Source: an uncultured Deinococcales bacterium
GTDB taxonomy: Bacteria; Deinococcota; Deinococci; Deinococcales; JAAFIG01
DNA: 34,669 nucleotides
Direction of reading: 5' to 3'
NCBI GenBank assembly: GCA_964247135.1
Contig: CAXTTL010000019.1
Span: 1 to 34,669 of the forward strand
In this document: positions 19,133-27,661 of the stretch, in pieces
How the letters are laid out: every line of letters begins with the position of its first letter
Numbering within the stretch: the stretch's first letter is position 1
Position numbers and translations under genes: made by a program
The notes under the pieces: model-generated
The model's input: only the letters and a program-made list of their open reading frames with translations
What the model was told of the DNA's origin: nothing
Database searches by the model: none

Positions 19133-19226
19133 GAATTTTTTTGAAGCTCGAGATACTGTGATGAGCTGTGTCTCGGCAAACGAGAAGCTCGAGTTTTGAG
19201 GCTCGAGCTTCACCACAATTTAGGTT

Positions 19227-20021
19227 TTAGATTTTGCGGGAACGAATCTCTTCTATGGCTTGCGTGGCAACCATTGCAATGGTTCTGTCTTCATGAACCA
19301 AAGTGTGATCTTTTTGCAATTCAATTAAATCTGGGATTACAGATTCATCTGCGTAAATTCCTAGAGCAGTTATCGCATCGTATTTAACATAATACCACTC
19401 GTGATTTTTTGCCAAGTCTAGGATTTTTGGAACTGCTTCTTTGACGCCGCAGTTAGCCATTAGAAAACATGCTTGACGTTGAGAATCTATATTATTACTA
19501 TCTAATAAATCCATAAGCTGAGTAGCAAACTCTGGTTGAAAATCCTCAATTATTCTGATGAAATAATATTCACACATTGATTTTTCAAATTCTACGTTTC
19601 CAATAAATTTTTTACCGAGGTCTGAAATATTCTCTTGGATGAATTGAAAAATAAGCTCTGGATGATATAAATTTATTTTTTCCGTGATCTTAAAGAAAGC
19701 TTCATGCTCTATATGGTTTTCAATAAAAATTCGAGAAAATAATTTTTCAATGTCTAAGATAGATAAATTAGATAGAATATAAGAGTTAATTTCTACTTTT
19801 ATCCTTGCAGTTCTTTCTTCAGATAATCTATCTGATTCTATTGATTCTTGCTCTGTAAAAGACCAATCATTTGTAACTGGAAGGCTCTTTAGTATTCTCT
19901 CGAGATTTCCGAACAACATTACTCCATTTATTTCCGCAAGATTTTCGCTAATGATGTTTATTTCGCCAGAATCTTGAGTCTTATTGTCAAAGTGTATTCC
20001 TGTTTTTTGATCATCATTCAT
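19227..20021 (-). CDS. AT-rich HEAT-repeat-containing protein
   Basis: C-terminal QRQACFLMANCGVKEAVPKILDLA...VKYDAITALGIYADESVIPDLIEL...ATQAIEEI are PBS-lyase/HEAT-like repeats; SD AAAGGA; very low GC. Confidence 0.7.
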   Translation of the reverse strand: MNDDQKTGIHFDNKTQDSGEINIISENLAEINGVMLFGNLERILKSLPVTNDWSFTEQESIESDRLSEERTARIKVEINSYILSNLSILDIEKLFSRIFIENHIEHEAFFKITEKINLYHPELIFQFIQENISDLGKKFIGNVEFEKSMCEYYFIRIIEDFQPEFATQLMDLLDSNNIDSQRQACFLMANCGVKEAVPKILDLAKNHEWYYVKYDAITALGIYADESVIPDLIELQKDHTLVHEDRTIAMVATQAIEEIRSRKI

Positions 20022-20192
20022 AATATGAATCCTTTAAAGTTGTGCTGGAAAGTTTTTGCCAACGGAGCTGTCTTCAAAAATAATACAGCGGTTGAGATTG
20101 AAATTCCCAGACCATCCTTAAAAATTGGACACTCGAGATTCCAGTTGTTAGGCTAAACCCATGACCCAAACCAATCCGTTTCTCGAGGTTGC

Positions 20193-20954
20193 ATGAAACT
20201 CCAAACCCTGAAGCCCGTGGCATTCTTGGGTTCGGATGCCACCGCGACCATTCACAAGCTTTACCAACTCGAGCAGCGTTTTTTACCGCTGGAAGTGCCG
20301 TCGCACAGCAAGTTAGATCGGGTGATCGCGGGACTCGAGCCGCTGGGGTTTCTGGGCGCGATAGTGGTCGGCAACCCAAGCGTGGAGTTGAACGCGCTGG
20401 TCGAACGCAAAACCCACAGCGCCGAACGGGCGGGAGCCATCGATGCGGTCATCGTCTCGAGCGGCAGCCTCGGAACGAACACGCTCGAGGATTCGCTGGT
20501 CAGCACGCTCGAGACGGTGCGTTACCGTGGCGTGGGTGGACACTGCGTGGTGTTGGGAGGCGGGGCGGTGGCATTCGCCGCGACGCAACTCGCCCGGGTG
20601 GGTTTTAAAACCATGACTTTCGCTGCCCCAGACCGTCCCGCCGCCGAAAAACTGGCTCGAGCCGTGCCTGCTGGGGTCACAACGCGAGCGCTCACTTTTG
20701 AAGAACCCAGTTTATTAGATGCACTCGAGCGTGCCGATTTGCTGGTGCATTGCAGCCCCGACGTTCACTTGGACGCTCGGCATTTGCAACCGTATCACAC
20801 ACTGCTCGAAGCACATTCCGAAACCAGTTTGGCGGTCGGTTTGGAACGCGCCGGCGGCAACGTGATCGGTTTTAAACTCTCAAACGCGCATCATCTGGCG
20901 GCACAACTCGAGTTTGTGACCTCAATCAAATTCGATCCTGCCAGCCTGATGTGA
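20193..20954 (+). CDS. Shikimate-dehydrogenase (AroE)-fold protein with degenerate catalytic motifs
   Basis: AroE-like layout: LGFLGAIV, AERAGAIDAV, GTNTLED, VVLGGGAVA (Rossmann), ADLLVHCSP, AAQLEFVT. Confidence 0.65.
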   Translation: MKLQTLKPVAFLGSDATATIHKLYQLEQRFLPLEVPSHSKLDRVIAGLEPLGFLGAIVVGNPSVELNALVERKTHSAERAGAIDAVIVSSGSLGTNTLEDSLVSTLETVRYRGVGGHCVVLGGGAVAFAATQLARVGFKTMTFAAPDRPAAEKLARAVPAGVTTRALTFEEPSLLDALERADLLVHCSPDVHLDARHLQPYHTLLEAHSETSLAVGLERAGGNVIGFKLSNAHHLAAQLEFVTSIKFDPASLM

Positions 20955-20955
20955 T

Positions 20956-21597
20956 TTAATCCTCGAGCAAACCTTTTAATTTGGCAAACGGGTTGCTCGA
21001 GTCTTGCACGCGGTCTTTGGGAATATTCGGGCATTCGGCGAGTTGTTTTTTTAAAACCGGCGTGTCGGCGGCAAGCACCGCGCAGGTGCCTGCGGGTACG
21101 GTGTTCAGGTTTGCGCCGCAACTGCTGCACAAACCCTTGCATTCTGGGCTGTGAACCACGGTCAGCGGCATTTCAAAACTGAACGCCTCGGCAAGAATGG
21201 CGCTCAACTCGAGGCTGGGATCGCCGAACATGATGCAATCCTCGCCGTCGTCGAGGGTTTGACGGGTGGCAGTCTTAAATTTGGCGCTGTAACGCAGCAA
21301 ACTTTCCAACCTGGCTTCAATGGGCACGGGGGTTGGGGTCAGGCACCTCGAGCATTCCATTAGGGCGATGCCTTTGATCCAGCCGTGCAAGTAAAACTCG
21401 TCCGGTCCGACGTTGTTCACAGAGGCTCGCCACTGGGCGGGTTCGGCGAGGGCAATGGGCGTGATGCTGGGTTCTAAACCGTCGGGGTGTTCGGTCACGA
21501 GTTCGAGCTGGGCGACCAAACCGCTGCCGCTGACATCACCGCCGTCGCCATGCAAGATGCTGGCAAGATTTAAACTTGGGATTTCTGTTTGGATCAT
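20956..21597 (-). CDS. yceD: DUF177 / YceD family metal-binding protein
   Basis: MECSRCLTP, PECKGLCSSCGANLN, C-terminal NPFAKLKGLL. Confidence 0.9.
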   Translation of the reverse strand: MIQTEIPSLNLASILHGDGGDVSGSGLVAQLELVTEHPDGLEPSITPIALAEPAQWRASVNNVGPDEFYLHGWIKGIALMECSRCLTPTPVPIEARLESLLRYSAKFKTATRQTLDDGEDCIMFGDPSLELSAILAEAFSFEMPLTVVHSPECKGLCSSCGANLNTVPAGTCAVLAADTPVLKKQLAECPNIPKDRVQDSSNPFAKLKGLLED

Positions 21598-21646
21598 ACG
21601 GTTTTATTCTAGCCCGAAAAGGGCGGACGAACATCCGCCACATGCA

Positions 21647-22801
21647 CTATTTCGCCTCGAGCAGTTGCGCTTCCAGATTGGCGGCGGTCATCAGTGCCAC
21701 GCCCAACGCGCCAGCATTGCCGCCCAAGTTCGAGGTTTTGATGGTGCTGCGCAAACCCAGTCGTTCGAGGTGAGCGCGGGTGGGTTGCACGATCAGGGTT
21801 TCGAGGTGCGGCAGTTCGCCGCGCATCACGATCAAATCGGGGTCGAGGGTGGCAGCCGCGCCCGAGAGTGCCAGCGCCAAGTGACGTACCACGTGCTCGA
21901 GAGCGGCGACGGCTTTGGGTTCATTGCGGTGTGCGGCTTCAAACACGTCGCGCATCCAGTCGGCGCGGGTAATGTCAAACTCGGCGGCGTCGCGCAAGCC
22001 CTCGTAAATCGAGAACGCCAGAGCGCCAAATCGTGGGTCATTGTTCTCGAGCGATTGCGTGTCGGGCGCGATCAATGCCAGTTCGCCCGCCATGCCGTGC
22101 CGTCCACGGTGAAGTTTGCCGTCCACAATGATTCCCGCACCAATGGCGGGTCCGAGCGTCACAAAAATCATGGTGCTCGAATTGACACCGTGACCGCATT
22201 TGAATTCGCCCCAGGCGGCGGCGTTGGCGTCATTCTCGAGTTGAATGGGTAGTTTGGTTTCTTGGGCAAGAAGGCTGCAAAGGCTGATGCTTTCAAAACC
22301 AAACACCCAAGATTGCCACAACACCCCGTCGGGTTGCACCACGCCAGGAACGCTCAAACCCAGAGCGCGAGCCTGGGGAAAACGTTTGGCAAGTGCAACC
22401 AGCCTTTCGATACGCTTGGTCATGCCGAGCCTCGAGAATGCACCAACGCCAAGGTCGTTGTGCGTCTCGAGCACCGTGCCGTAGAGGTCAAACAGCGTCG
22501 CGTGAAGGTACTCGCCGCCGAGGTCAATTGCCAGCACCGCGTTTTGTTCTGGAATCAAACGCACCAACCTTGGTCGCCGCCCCGTCGCTCCGCTGCGTTT
22601 GCCGTCCTCAACCACCAAACCTCGGGTTTTCAGGTCATCGACGGCGGTGCTGACCGCAGGCAGGCTTAAACCGGTGCTCAGGGCAATTTCTGGACGGGTG
22701 CTCGAGCCGTGTTCGCGCAATGCCTGGTAAACCCGCAAATGGCTGGGCGTTCGGTGTGATGGGGAGGAGGGGTTGTTTAGTTGTTGGTTTGGGGCTGTCA
22801 T
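21647..22801 (-). CDS. ROK-family transcriptional regulator (NagC/XylR-like)
   Basis: N-terminal HTH TRPEIALSTGLSLPAVSTAVDDL, GRRP, LAIDLGG, LENDANAAAWGE, GAGIIVDGKLHRGRHGMAGEL. Confidence 0.92.
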   Translation of the reverse strand: MTAPNQQLNNPSSPSHRTPSHLRVYQALREHGSSTRPEIALSTGLSLPAVSTAVDDLKTRGLVVEDGKRSGATGRRPRLVRLIPEQNAVLAIDLGGEYLHATLFDLYGTVLETHNDLGVGAFSRLGMTKRIERLVALAKRFPQARALGLSVPGVVQPDGVLWQSWVFGFESISLCSLLAQETKLPIQLENDANAAAWGEFKCGHGVNSSTMIFVTLGPAIGAGIIVDGKLHRGRHGMAGELALIAPDTQSLENNDPRFGALAFSIYEGLRDAAEFDITRADWMRDVFEAAHRNEPKAVAALEHVVRHLALALSGAAATLDPDLIVMRGELPHLETLIVQPTRAHLERLGLRSTIKTSNLGGNAGALGVALMTAANLEAQLLEAK

Positions 22802-23002
22802 GGCATCCTTTGAAGGTTTTTTTGCTCGGTCTAATCAGGAAAAATCCGTGATTTTATTCAACTGGTACGCTTATTATAGCGTTTTTTGGATTTTTTAGAA
22901 GTGCAAGCTACAATCTCAATCCATTGGTGGGTGATTCTCAACATGCCATCAACCGAATTGCATATTGAACTTTTTGCCCTTGCAAATCTGGGCAGTCAAA
23001 AT

Positions 23003-23290
23003 CTGTCACATCAAGAAACACCCCAAACGCTGACAATCGAGATTCAAGATTCGGGCACGGGGTTTACAGCAGAATCTATGACTCGAGCCTTTGAACGTTT
23101 TTACCGCAGCCCCGACCGAGGATGACATGGCGGCAGTGGGTTGGAACTTGCCATCTCAAGGTCGCTGGTTGAAGCGCACGGAGGCAGGATTGAACTGGTT
23201 AAAACGGAAGCTGGGGTGTGTGTGCAGGTGACGTTGATAATGCTGTCCCAACCCGCAGAAAAATGCGACTTTGAAGTTAGTACGTGTTAA
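23003..23290 (+). pseudogene. Remnant of a sensor histidine kinase HATPase_c domain
   Basis: One frame reads TIEIQDSGTGFTAESMTRAFERFYRSPDRG*HGGSGLELAISRSLVEAHGGRIEL. G1, F and G2 boxes are present, with an internal TGA at 23123-23125, GLGLA degraded to GLELA and no upstream H or N box. Confidence 0.8.
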
Positions 23291-23448
23291 AATTTGCGTG
23301 GTTGACGATTTAAAACAGCCTCTAGAATTTATCAGGGTCAGCGTTTTATTAAACCAAGTATTGTAAGTTTGTACATTATAAGCCTCTTTTGATTCTTGAA
23401 TAAATGTACGCTTTAAACGAAATTGCTCCGTGCCACCCCCAAATCTTA

Positions 23449-23595
23449 GAGCGTGTTTATGAAGTCCATTTTGAAAAAAGTTCTCAAGGGTTTGATGTGG
23501 AAATGGCTCTAAGCTGCAAGCGATAAGCTCCAAGCCAAAAGCGCTGTTCCTTGGAGCTTGTAGCCCTGCTCGTGCGACACTTCATAAACACGCTC
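23449..23595. mobile_element. 147-bp MITE with IS5-family (IS1031-group-like) ends
   Basis: Perfect 17-bp terminal inverted repeats GAGCGTGTTTATGAAGT (23449-23465) and ACTTCATAAACACGCTC (23579-23595); TTA direct repeat on both sides (23446-48, 23596-98); no transposase. Confidence 0.85.
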
Positions 23596-23723
23596 TTAGG
23601 AGTACGGAAATCTCAAAACTCGAGATGTGCCATCCGCACCTCAAAACCCAATCCTCTTGCCTCAACAAATCAACCATCTCTCGAGCCGCAAGTCTCGAGC
23701 CTGGGCAATTGAAACAACAATCC

Positions 23724-23773
23724 TTGACAAATTGGAATAATTACGTAAAATTGACGCAAACGCATACGTCAAT
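23724..23773 (+). promoter_or_regulatory. Sigma70 promoter and LacI-family operator of the sugar operon
   Basis: TTGACA (23724-29), 16-bp spacer, TAAAAT (23746-51). Palindrome ATTGACGCAAACGCATACGTCAAT (23750-73) with central CG covers the expected start site. Confidence 0.72.
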
Positions 23774-23830
23774 ATTTCGTAAACCCCAAACGCCTCAGCT
23801 TGGCATTCTGGATTGGAGGTAGAGTCTTTC

Positions 23831-24871
23831 GTGTCCACCGTCAAACAACTTGCCGCCAGCCTCGGCGTTTCCAACGCCACAATCTCCCGCGCCCTGAATG
23901 GCAAGCCAGGACTGGCAGAGGACTTGAGATCGAAGATTCTAAAAGAAGCCTCCAGACTCAACCTGCGCCGCTCGAGTGCCGCCCGTTCGCTCTCGACCGC
24001 CCAAACCGAACACGTGTGCTTCGCGGTCTATCACCTGCCCGGACCGCTCGCCAGCGACCCGTTTTACGCTGAAATTTTGATGGGCGTCGAACAAGAATTG
24101 CGTCAGGCTGGACTGCACACCATGCTCGAGGTGCTGGGCGAAGAGGAGATCAAGGACCCGGCGCGGTGGCGGATTGTGCGCGATCAACGGGTGGACGGCA
24201 TTATCCTGAATGGTCCATTTGTACCCACGTCGTTTATCGTCAAACTGCACACGCTGGGAATCCCTGTGGTTCTGGTCGATAATTTCTCGAGCCACACGCC
24301 TGTGGATGCCGTGGTCTGCGATGATCGCGGCGGCGCTCGAGCGGTGGCGGAGCATGTGATTCAACTCGGGCATCGTCGCGCGGTGGTGATCGCCGGACCC
24401 AAAGATTGGTACAGCAATCAGGAACGTTGCGCGGGTTTCGTCGATGCTTTCGCCGATGCCGGACTCGAGCCACCACAGATTTTGCACAGCGCCGCGACCA
24501 CTTTCGAGACGGGTCAAGAATTGATGGCTTTGGCACTGAAAACCAAGCCCACCGCAGTGCTCGCGGTCAACGACGCGATGGCGATGGGTGCATGTGCTTA
24601 CGCTCGAGCATCGGGTCTGGAGATTCCCAAAGACCTTTCGATTACCGGTTTTGACGATGTTGAAATGTCCGCACGTTGGGTCACGCCGCTCACCACCGTC
24701 AGGGTTCAAAAACGCTATTTGGGACGCGCTGCCGCCCGACAATTTCTGGCGCGGTTGGCTGACCCCGCAGCCCCGCAACAACGCATCAATATTGCCACCA
24801 CACTGATTGAACGTGGCTCGAGCGGCATTGTCCCAAATCAAAAAGTTCCAAACCTCAAAGCCAAAAAGTAA
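23831..24871 (+). CDS. LacI-family transcriptional regulator
   Basis: TVKQLAASLGVSNATISRALNG HTH; RVDGII, IPKDLSITGFDD, PLTTVR, LIERGS. GTG 23831 follows SD GGAGGT. Confidence 0.95.
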   Translation: MSTVKQLAASLGVSNATISRALNGKPGLAEDLRSKILKEASRLNLRRSSAARSLSTAQTEHVCFAVYHLPGPLASDPFYAEILMGVEQELRQAGLHTMLEVLGEEEIKDPARWRIVRDQRVDGIILNGPFVPTSFIVKLHTLGIPVVLVDNFSSHTPVDAVVCDDRGGARAVAEHVIQLGHRRAVVIAGPKDWYSNQERCAGFVDAFADAGLEPPQILHSAATTFETGQELMALALKTKPTAVLAVNDAMAMGACAYARASGLEIPKDLSITGFDDVEMSARWVTPLTTVRVQKRYLGRAAARQFLARLADPAAPQQRINIATTLIERGSSGIVPNQKVPNLKAKK

Positions 24872-24886
24872 GTTCGGAGACTCACC

Positions 24887-25930
24887 ATGACCGATATTGC
24901 AAGGCGATTCAACACCAACCCTGTCATCACGCCCGAACAGGTCGTGCCCAGCATTGCGGGCTTCGAGGTGAGTTGCGCCTTCAACCCTGGCGCGTTTGAA
25001 TACCAGGGACGGATCGGTTTGGTCTTGCGGGTTGCCGAACGCCCAGTGCAAAACGAGACCACCGTCAGCACACCAGTCTTAGACGAACACGGCTCACTTT
25101 CGATTCTCGAGTTTCGCCGCGATGACCCCAAGCTCACTACTGGCGACCCACGCGGCTTTACATACGACGGGCGCGATTACCTTACGACCTTGTCGCATTT
25201 GCGGCTCGCCTGGAGCGACGACGGCGAACACTTTGAGGTGCAAGCCGAACCTTGCGGGGTTGGACTCGGCACGCTCGAGACTTTTGGGCTTGAGGACGCT
25301 CGAGTGACCCAAATCGACGGACGTTATTACTTAACTTACACGGCAGTCTCGAGCAATGGTTTTGGCGTTGGAATGCGCAGCACCACCGACTGGAAAACCT
25401 TCACGCATCACGGCATGGTGATTCCACCCGCCAACAAAGACTGTGCGCTGTTCCCCGAAAAAATCGGTGGCTACCATTACATGCTGCATCGACCCACCGG
25501 CGGCGGGCTTGGGGGCAACATGATCTGGCTCGCCCGTTCACCCGATCTCCAGCATTGGGGAGCGCACCAGTGCATCGCCAAACCTCGAGCGCAAAGTTGG
25601 GACGAAACCCGCATTGGCGCGGGTGCAGCCCCGATTCGCACCGAGGCGGGCTGGCTCGAGGTCTATCACGGTGCGGACCGCCATCACCGCTATTGTTTGG
25701 GCGCATTGTTGCTGGACATCAATGACCCGAGCATTGTGCTCGCCCGCAGTGTGCAACCGATCATGGAACCAAGCGCCGAATACGAACTGAAAGGTTTTTT
25801 TGGCAACGTCGTCTTCAACAACGGCAACATTGTGCGCGGCGACGAGTTGATTGTTTATTACGGTGCAGCCGATAGCGTCTCCTGCGGTGCAAGATTCTCG
25901 ATTCAAGAAATCCTCAAAACCCTCTCCTGA
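24887..25930 (+). CDS. GH130 beta-mannoside phosphorylase, resembling beta-1,2-mannobiose phosphorylase (Lin0857-like)
   Basis: NPVITP...FNPGA...LRVAERP, DPR...YLTTLSHLRLAWSDDG, FGLEDARVTQI, NKDCALFPEKIGG, LHRP, GWLEVYHG, GFFGNVVF, YYGAAD. Confidence 0.9.
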   Translation: MTDIARRFNTNPVITPEQVVPSIAGFEVSCAFNPGAFEYQGRIGLVLRVAERPVQNETTVSTPVLDEHGSLSILEFRRDDPKLTTGDPRGFTYDGRDYLTTLSHLRLAWSDDGEHFEVQAEPCGVGLGTLETFGLEDARVTQIDGRYYLTYTAVSSNGFGVGMRSTTDWKTFTHHGMVIPPANKDCALFPEKIGGYHYMLHRPTGGGLGGNMIWLARSPDLQHWGAHQCIAKPRAQSWDETRIGAGAAPIRTEAGWLEVYHGADRHHRYCLGALLLDINDPSIVLARSVQPIMEPSAEYELKGFFGNVVFNNGNIVRGDELIVYYGAADSVSCGARFSIQEILKTLS

Positions 25931-26103
25931 CCAACCCTTTTACAGCTCGCCAGCTCGGAGAAGATCAAGACTCCGACTCGAGAATTGTCGTCTCAAAATA
26001 TGGAAAGGAGCCTTCATTTGCACAACAGTAAAAGCCATGCTCGAGCTTCAGCTAACAGGCGTTTAATGGCAGTCAACACCCAACTCAATTCAGGAGGAAC
26101 GAT

Positions 26104-27354
26104 ATGAACATCAAGAAAAGTCTGGTTTTACTCGCCGCGTTCGGTTGTGTCGGCACACTGATGGTCACAGGTTTGGCGCAACAAAGTCCCGCCAAAGTCA
26201 CGGTGGCGTTCGATGCCAACTGGCGCAATGCCCTCGAGCCACTGATTACCGAGTTCAACACCTCGAGCAAGACCGCCCAGATTGAAGTGCTCTGGGGTGG
26301 CGACCAAGCCAAGCTGATTGCCGCCCAACGCGCTCCAGACATCATCGGCACGGGCGATCTGTACGTCGAGACGCAAAAAGATTTGCTGACCGACCTGACG
26401 CCGCTGGTCGCCAAATCCTCGAGCGACCTGAACTATTCGGATTTCTTTCCACAAATGCTCGCGCCACTCAAGTTCAAAGGCAAGCTGCTGGCGCTGCCAT
26501 TTCGGTTCAACGTCGGTTTGTTGTACTACAACAAAGACCTCTTTGACGCGGCGAGCCTGAAGTACCCGACCAAAACCTGGATGCAAAAAGATTACCTGGC
26601 GGCGGCGCAAAAGCTGACCAAAGCCGACAACGGACGCGCCACCCAGTGGGGCGCGAGCACCACCCTGGGCTGGTGGGGCGAGTGGCTCATTCATGTCCGG
26701 CAATCGGGCGGCGACATCATGAAAGGCGATACCGTCACGCTCAACACCCCCCAAGCCATCGCCGGACTGCAATTTTTCTTTGACAAAACCACCGCTGGCA
26801 AATACAAGATCGCCCCAGGACCCAAAGACGACAACCTCGGTGGTTTCGCAGGCGGCAAGACCGGCATGGAATACGGCGGACATACCGGAACCTGGCCAGG
26901 CTTGAACGCCGTCAAAACCCTCAACTGGGATATCCAAGTCTTGCCGCGCGGTTCCAAGCAACAAAAAGGCGCGGAATTCGCACTCGAGGGTTATGGCGTC
27001 TCGAGCAGCAGCAAAAATCCAGAAGCCGCCTGGGAAGCCCTGAAATTCATCACGGGGCGCAAATTCGTCAACGAAGCCTTCACCAAGCTCGGTTTGCCGC
27101 CCAGCCGCCGTTCGGTCATGGACGACGCCCTGGCAGTCACGCGCGAAAAACGCAACAGCCCAAAAAACCTCGAGGCACTGTTTGACGGCATCAAAACCGG
27201 CATGACCCTGCCGCACAACAAAGACTTCGTGAACATGGCAATTCAGGTCGTGCAACCCGAAATTGACAAGATGCTCGAGGGCAAGCAGTCGCCCGAAGAT
27301 ACCGCAAGAATTGCCGCCGAAAAAGCCACCAAGTACCTGGCGAGCGTGAAGTAA
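26104..27354 (+). CDS. Carbohydrate ABC transporter substrate-binding protein (CUT1)
   Basis: Signal peptide; PDII, LTDLTPL, GKLLALPF...LYYNKDLFDAASLKYP, NPEAAWEALKFI; SD AGGAGG. Confidence 0.93.
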   Translation: MNIKKSLVLLAAFGCVGTLMVTGLAQQSPAKVTVAFDANWRNALEPLITEFNTSSKTAQIEVLWGGDQAKLIAAQRAPDIIGTGDLYVETQKDLLTDLTPLVAKSSSDLNYSDFFPQMLAPLKFKGKLLALPFRFNVGLLYYNKDLFDAASLKYPTKTWMQKDYLAAAQKLTKADNGRATQWGASTTLGWWGEWLIHVRQSGGDIMKGDTVTLNTPQAIAGLQFFFDKTTAGKYKIAPGPKDDNLGGFAGGKTGMEYGGHTGTWPGLNAVKTLNWDIQVLPRGSKQQKGAEFALEGYGVSSSSKNPEAAWEALKFITGRKFVNEAFTKLGLPPSRRSVMDDALAVTREKRNSPKNLEALFDGIKTGMTLPHNKDFVNMAIQVVQPEIDKMLEGKQSPEDTARIAAEKATKYLASVK

Positions 27355-27423
27355 GACTCGAGAAACGAAGACCTCAACCATCCTATCTCGCACGCAATTT
27401 GGCAAAATCTAACGCCCTTAAAG

Positions 27424-27618
27424 CCCTCACCCGACGCTTCTTGATCCCAAAACGCACCTGCGGGCGGGATCGTTCCGCGCCACCCTCTCCCAACATCGGG
27501 AGAGGGTTCTAGAAAGCAATTTTCGTTTGATTACCGTTTCTCGAGAAACCTTGCCGTTACTCGAGATAGAACCGAAACTCCCTTCTCTCCTCGGAGAGAA
27601 GGGTCGGGGATGAGAGGG
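27424..27618. repeat. GC-rich multi-hairpin intergenic element (CCCTCACCC...CCCTCTCCC/GGGAGAGGG...GGGGATGAG type)
   Basis: Stems ACCCTCTCCC/GGGAGAGGGT (27482-27507) and CCCTTCTCTCC/GGAGAGAAGGG (27580-27603); palindrome GTTTCTCGAGAAAC (27536-49); outer ends are imperfectly complementary. Confidence 0.6.
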
Positions 27619-27661
27619 AAACACACCCGCTGATTTTCACAGCCAGACCCGAAAGGCATTC

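Noticed and set aside
22833-22853. Imperfect palindrome AATCAGGA-AAAA-TCCGTGATT as the ROK operator
   Set aside because: Single weak instance in AT-rich DNA with no second copy to support it.
22886-23533. 79-aa and 125-aa ORFs as real genes
   Set aside because: The first is the stop-truncated kinase remnant with a non-homologous start; the second begins inside the MITE and crosses AT-rich filler.
23939-25051. 370-aa minus-strand ORF
   Set aside because: Antisense to the LacI and GH130 genes; no domain signal.
25931-26103. 173-bp intergenic gap as a riboswitch or sRNA
   Set aside because: No convincing stem set or known aptamer motif visible by eye; an Rfam/Infernal scan would be needed.
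26128-27405. 425-aa minus-strand ORF
   Set aside because: Antisense shadow of the clearly genuine SBP gene, with no recognisable motifs; such shadows are common in GC-rich coding DNA.
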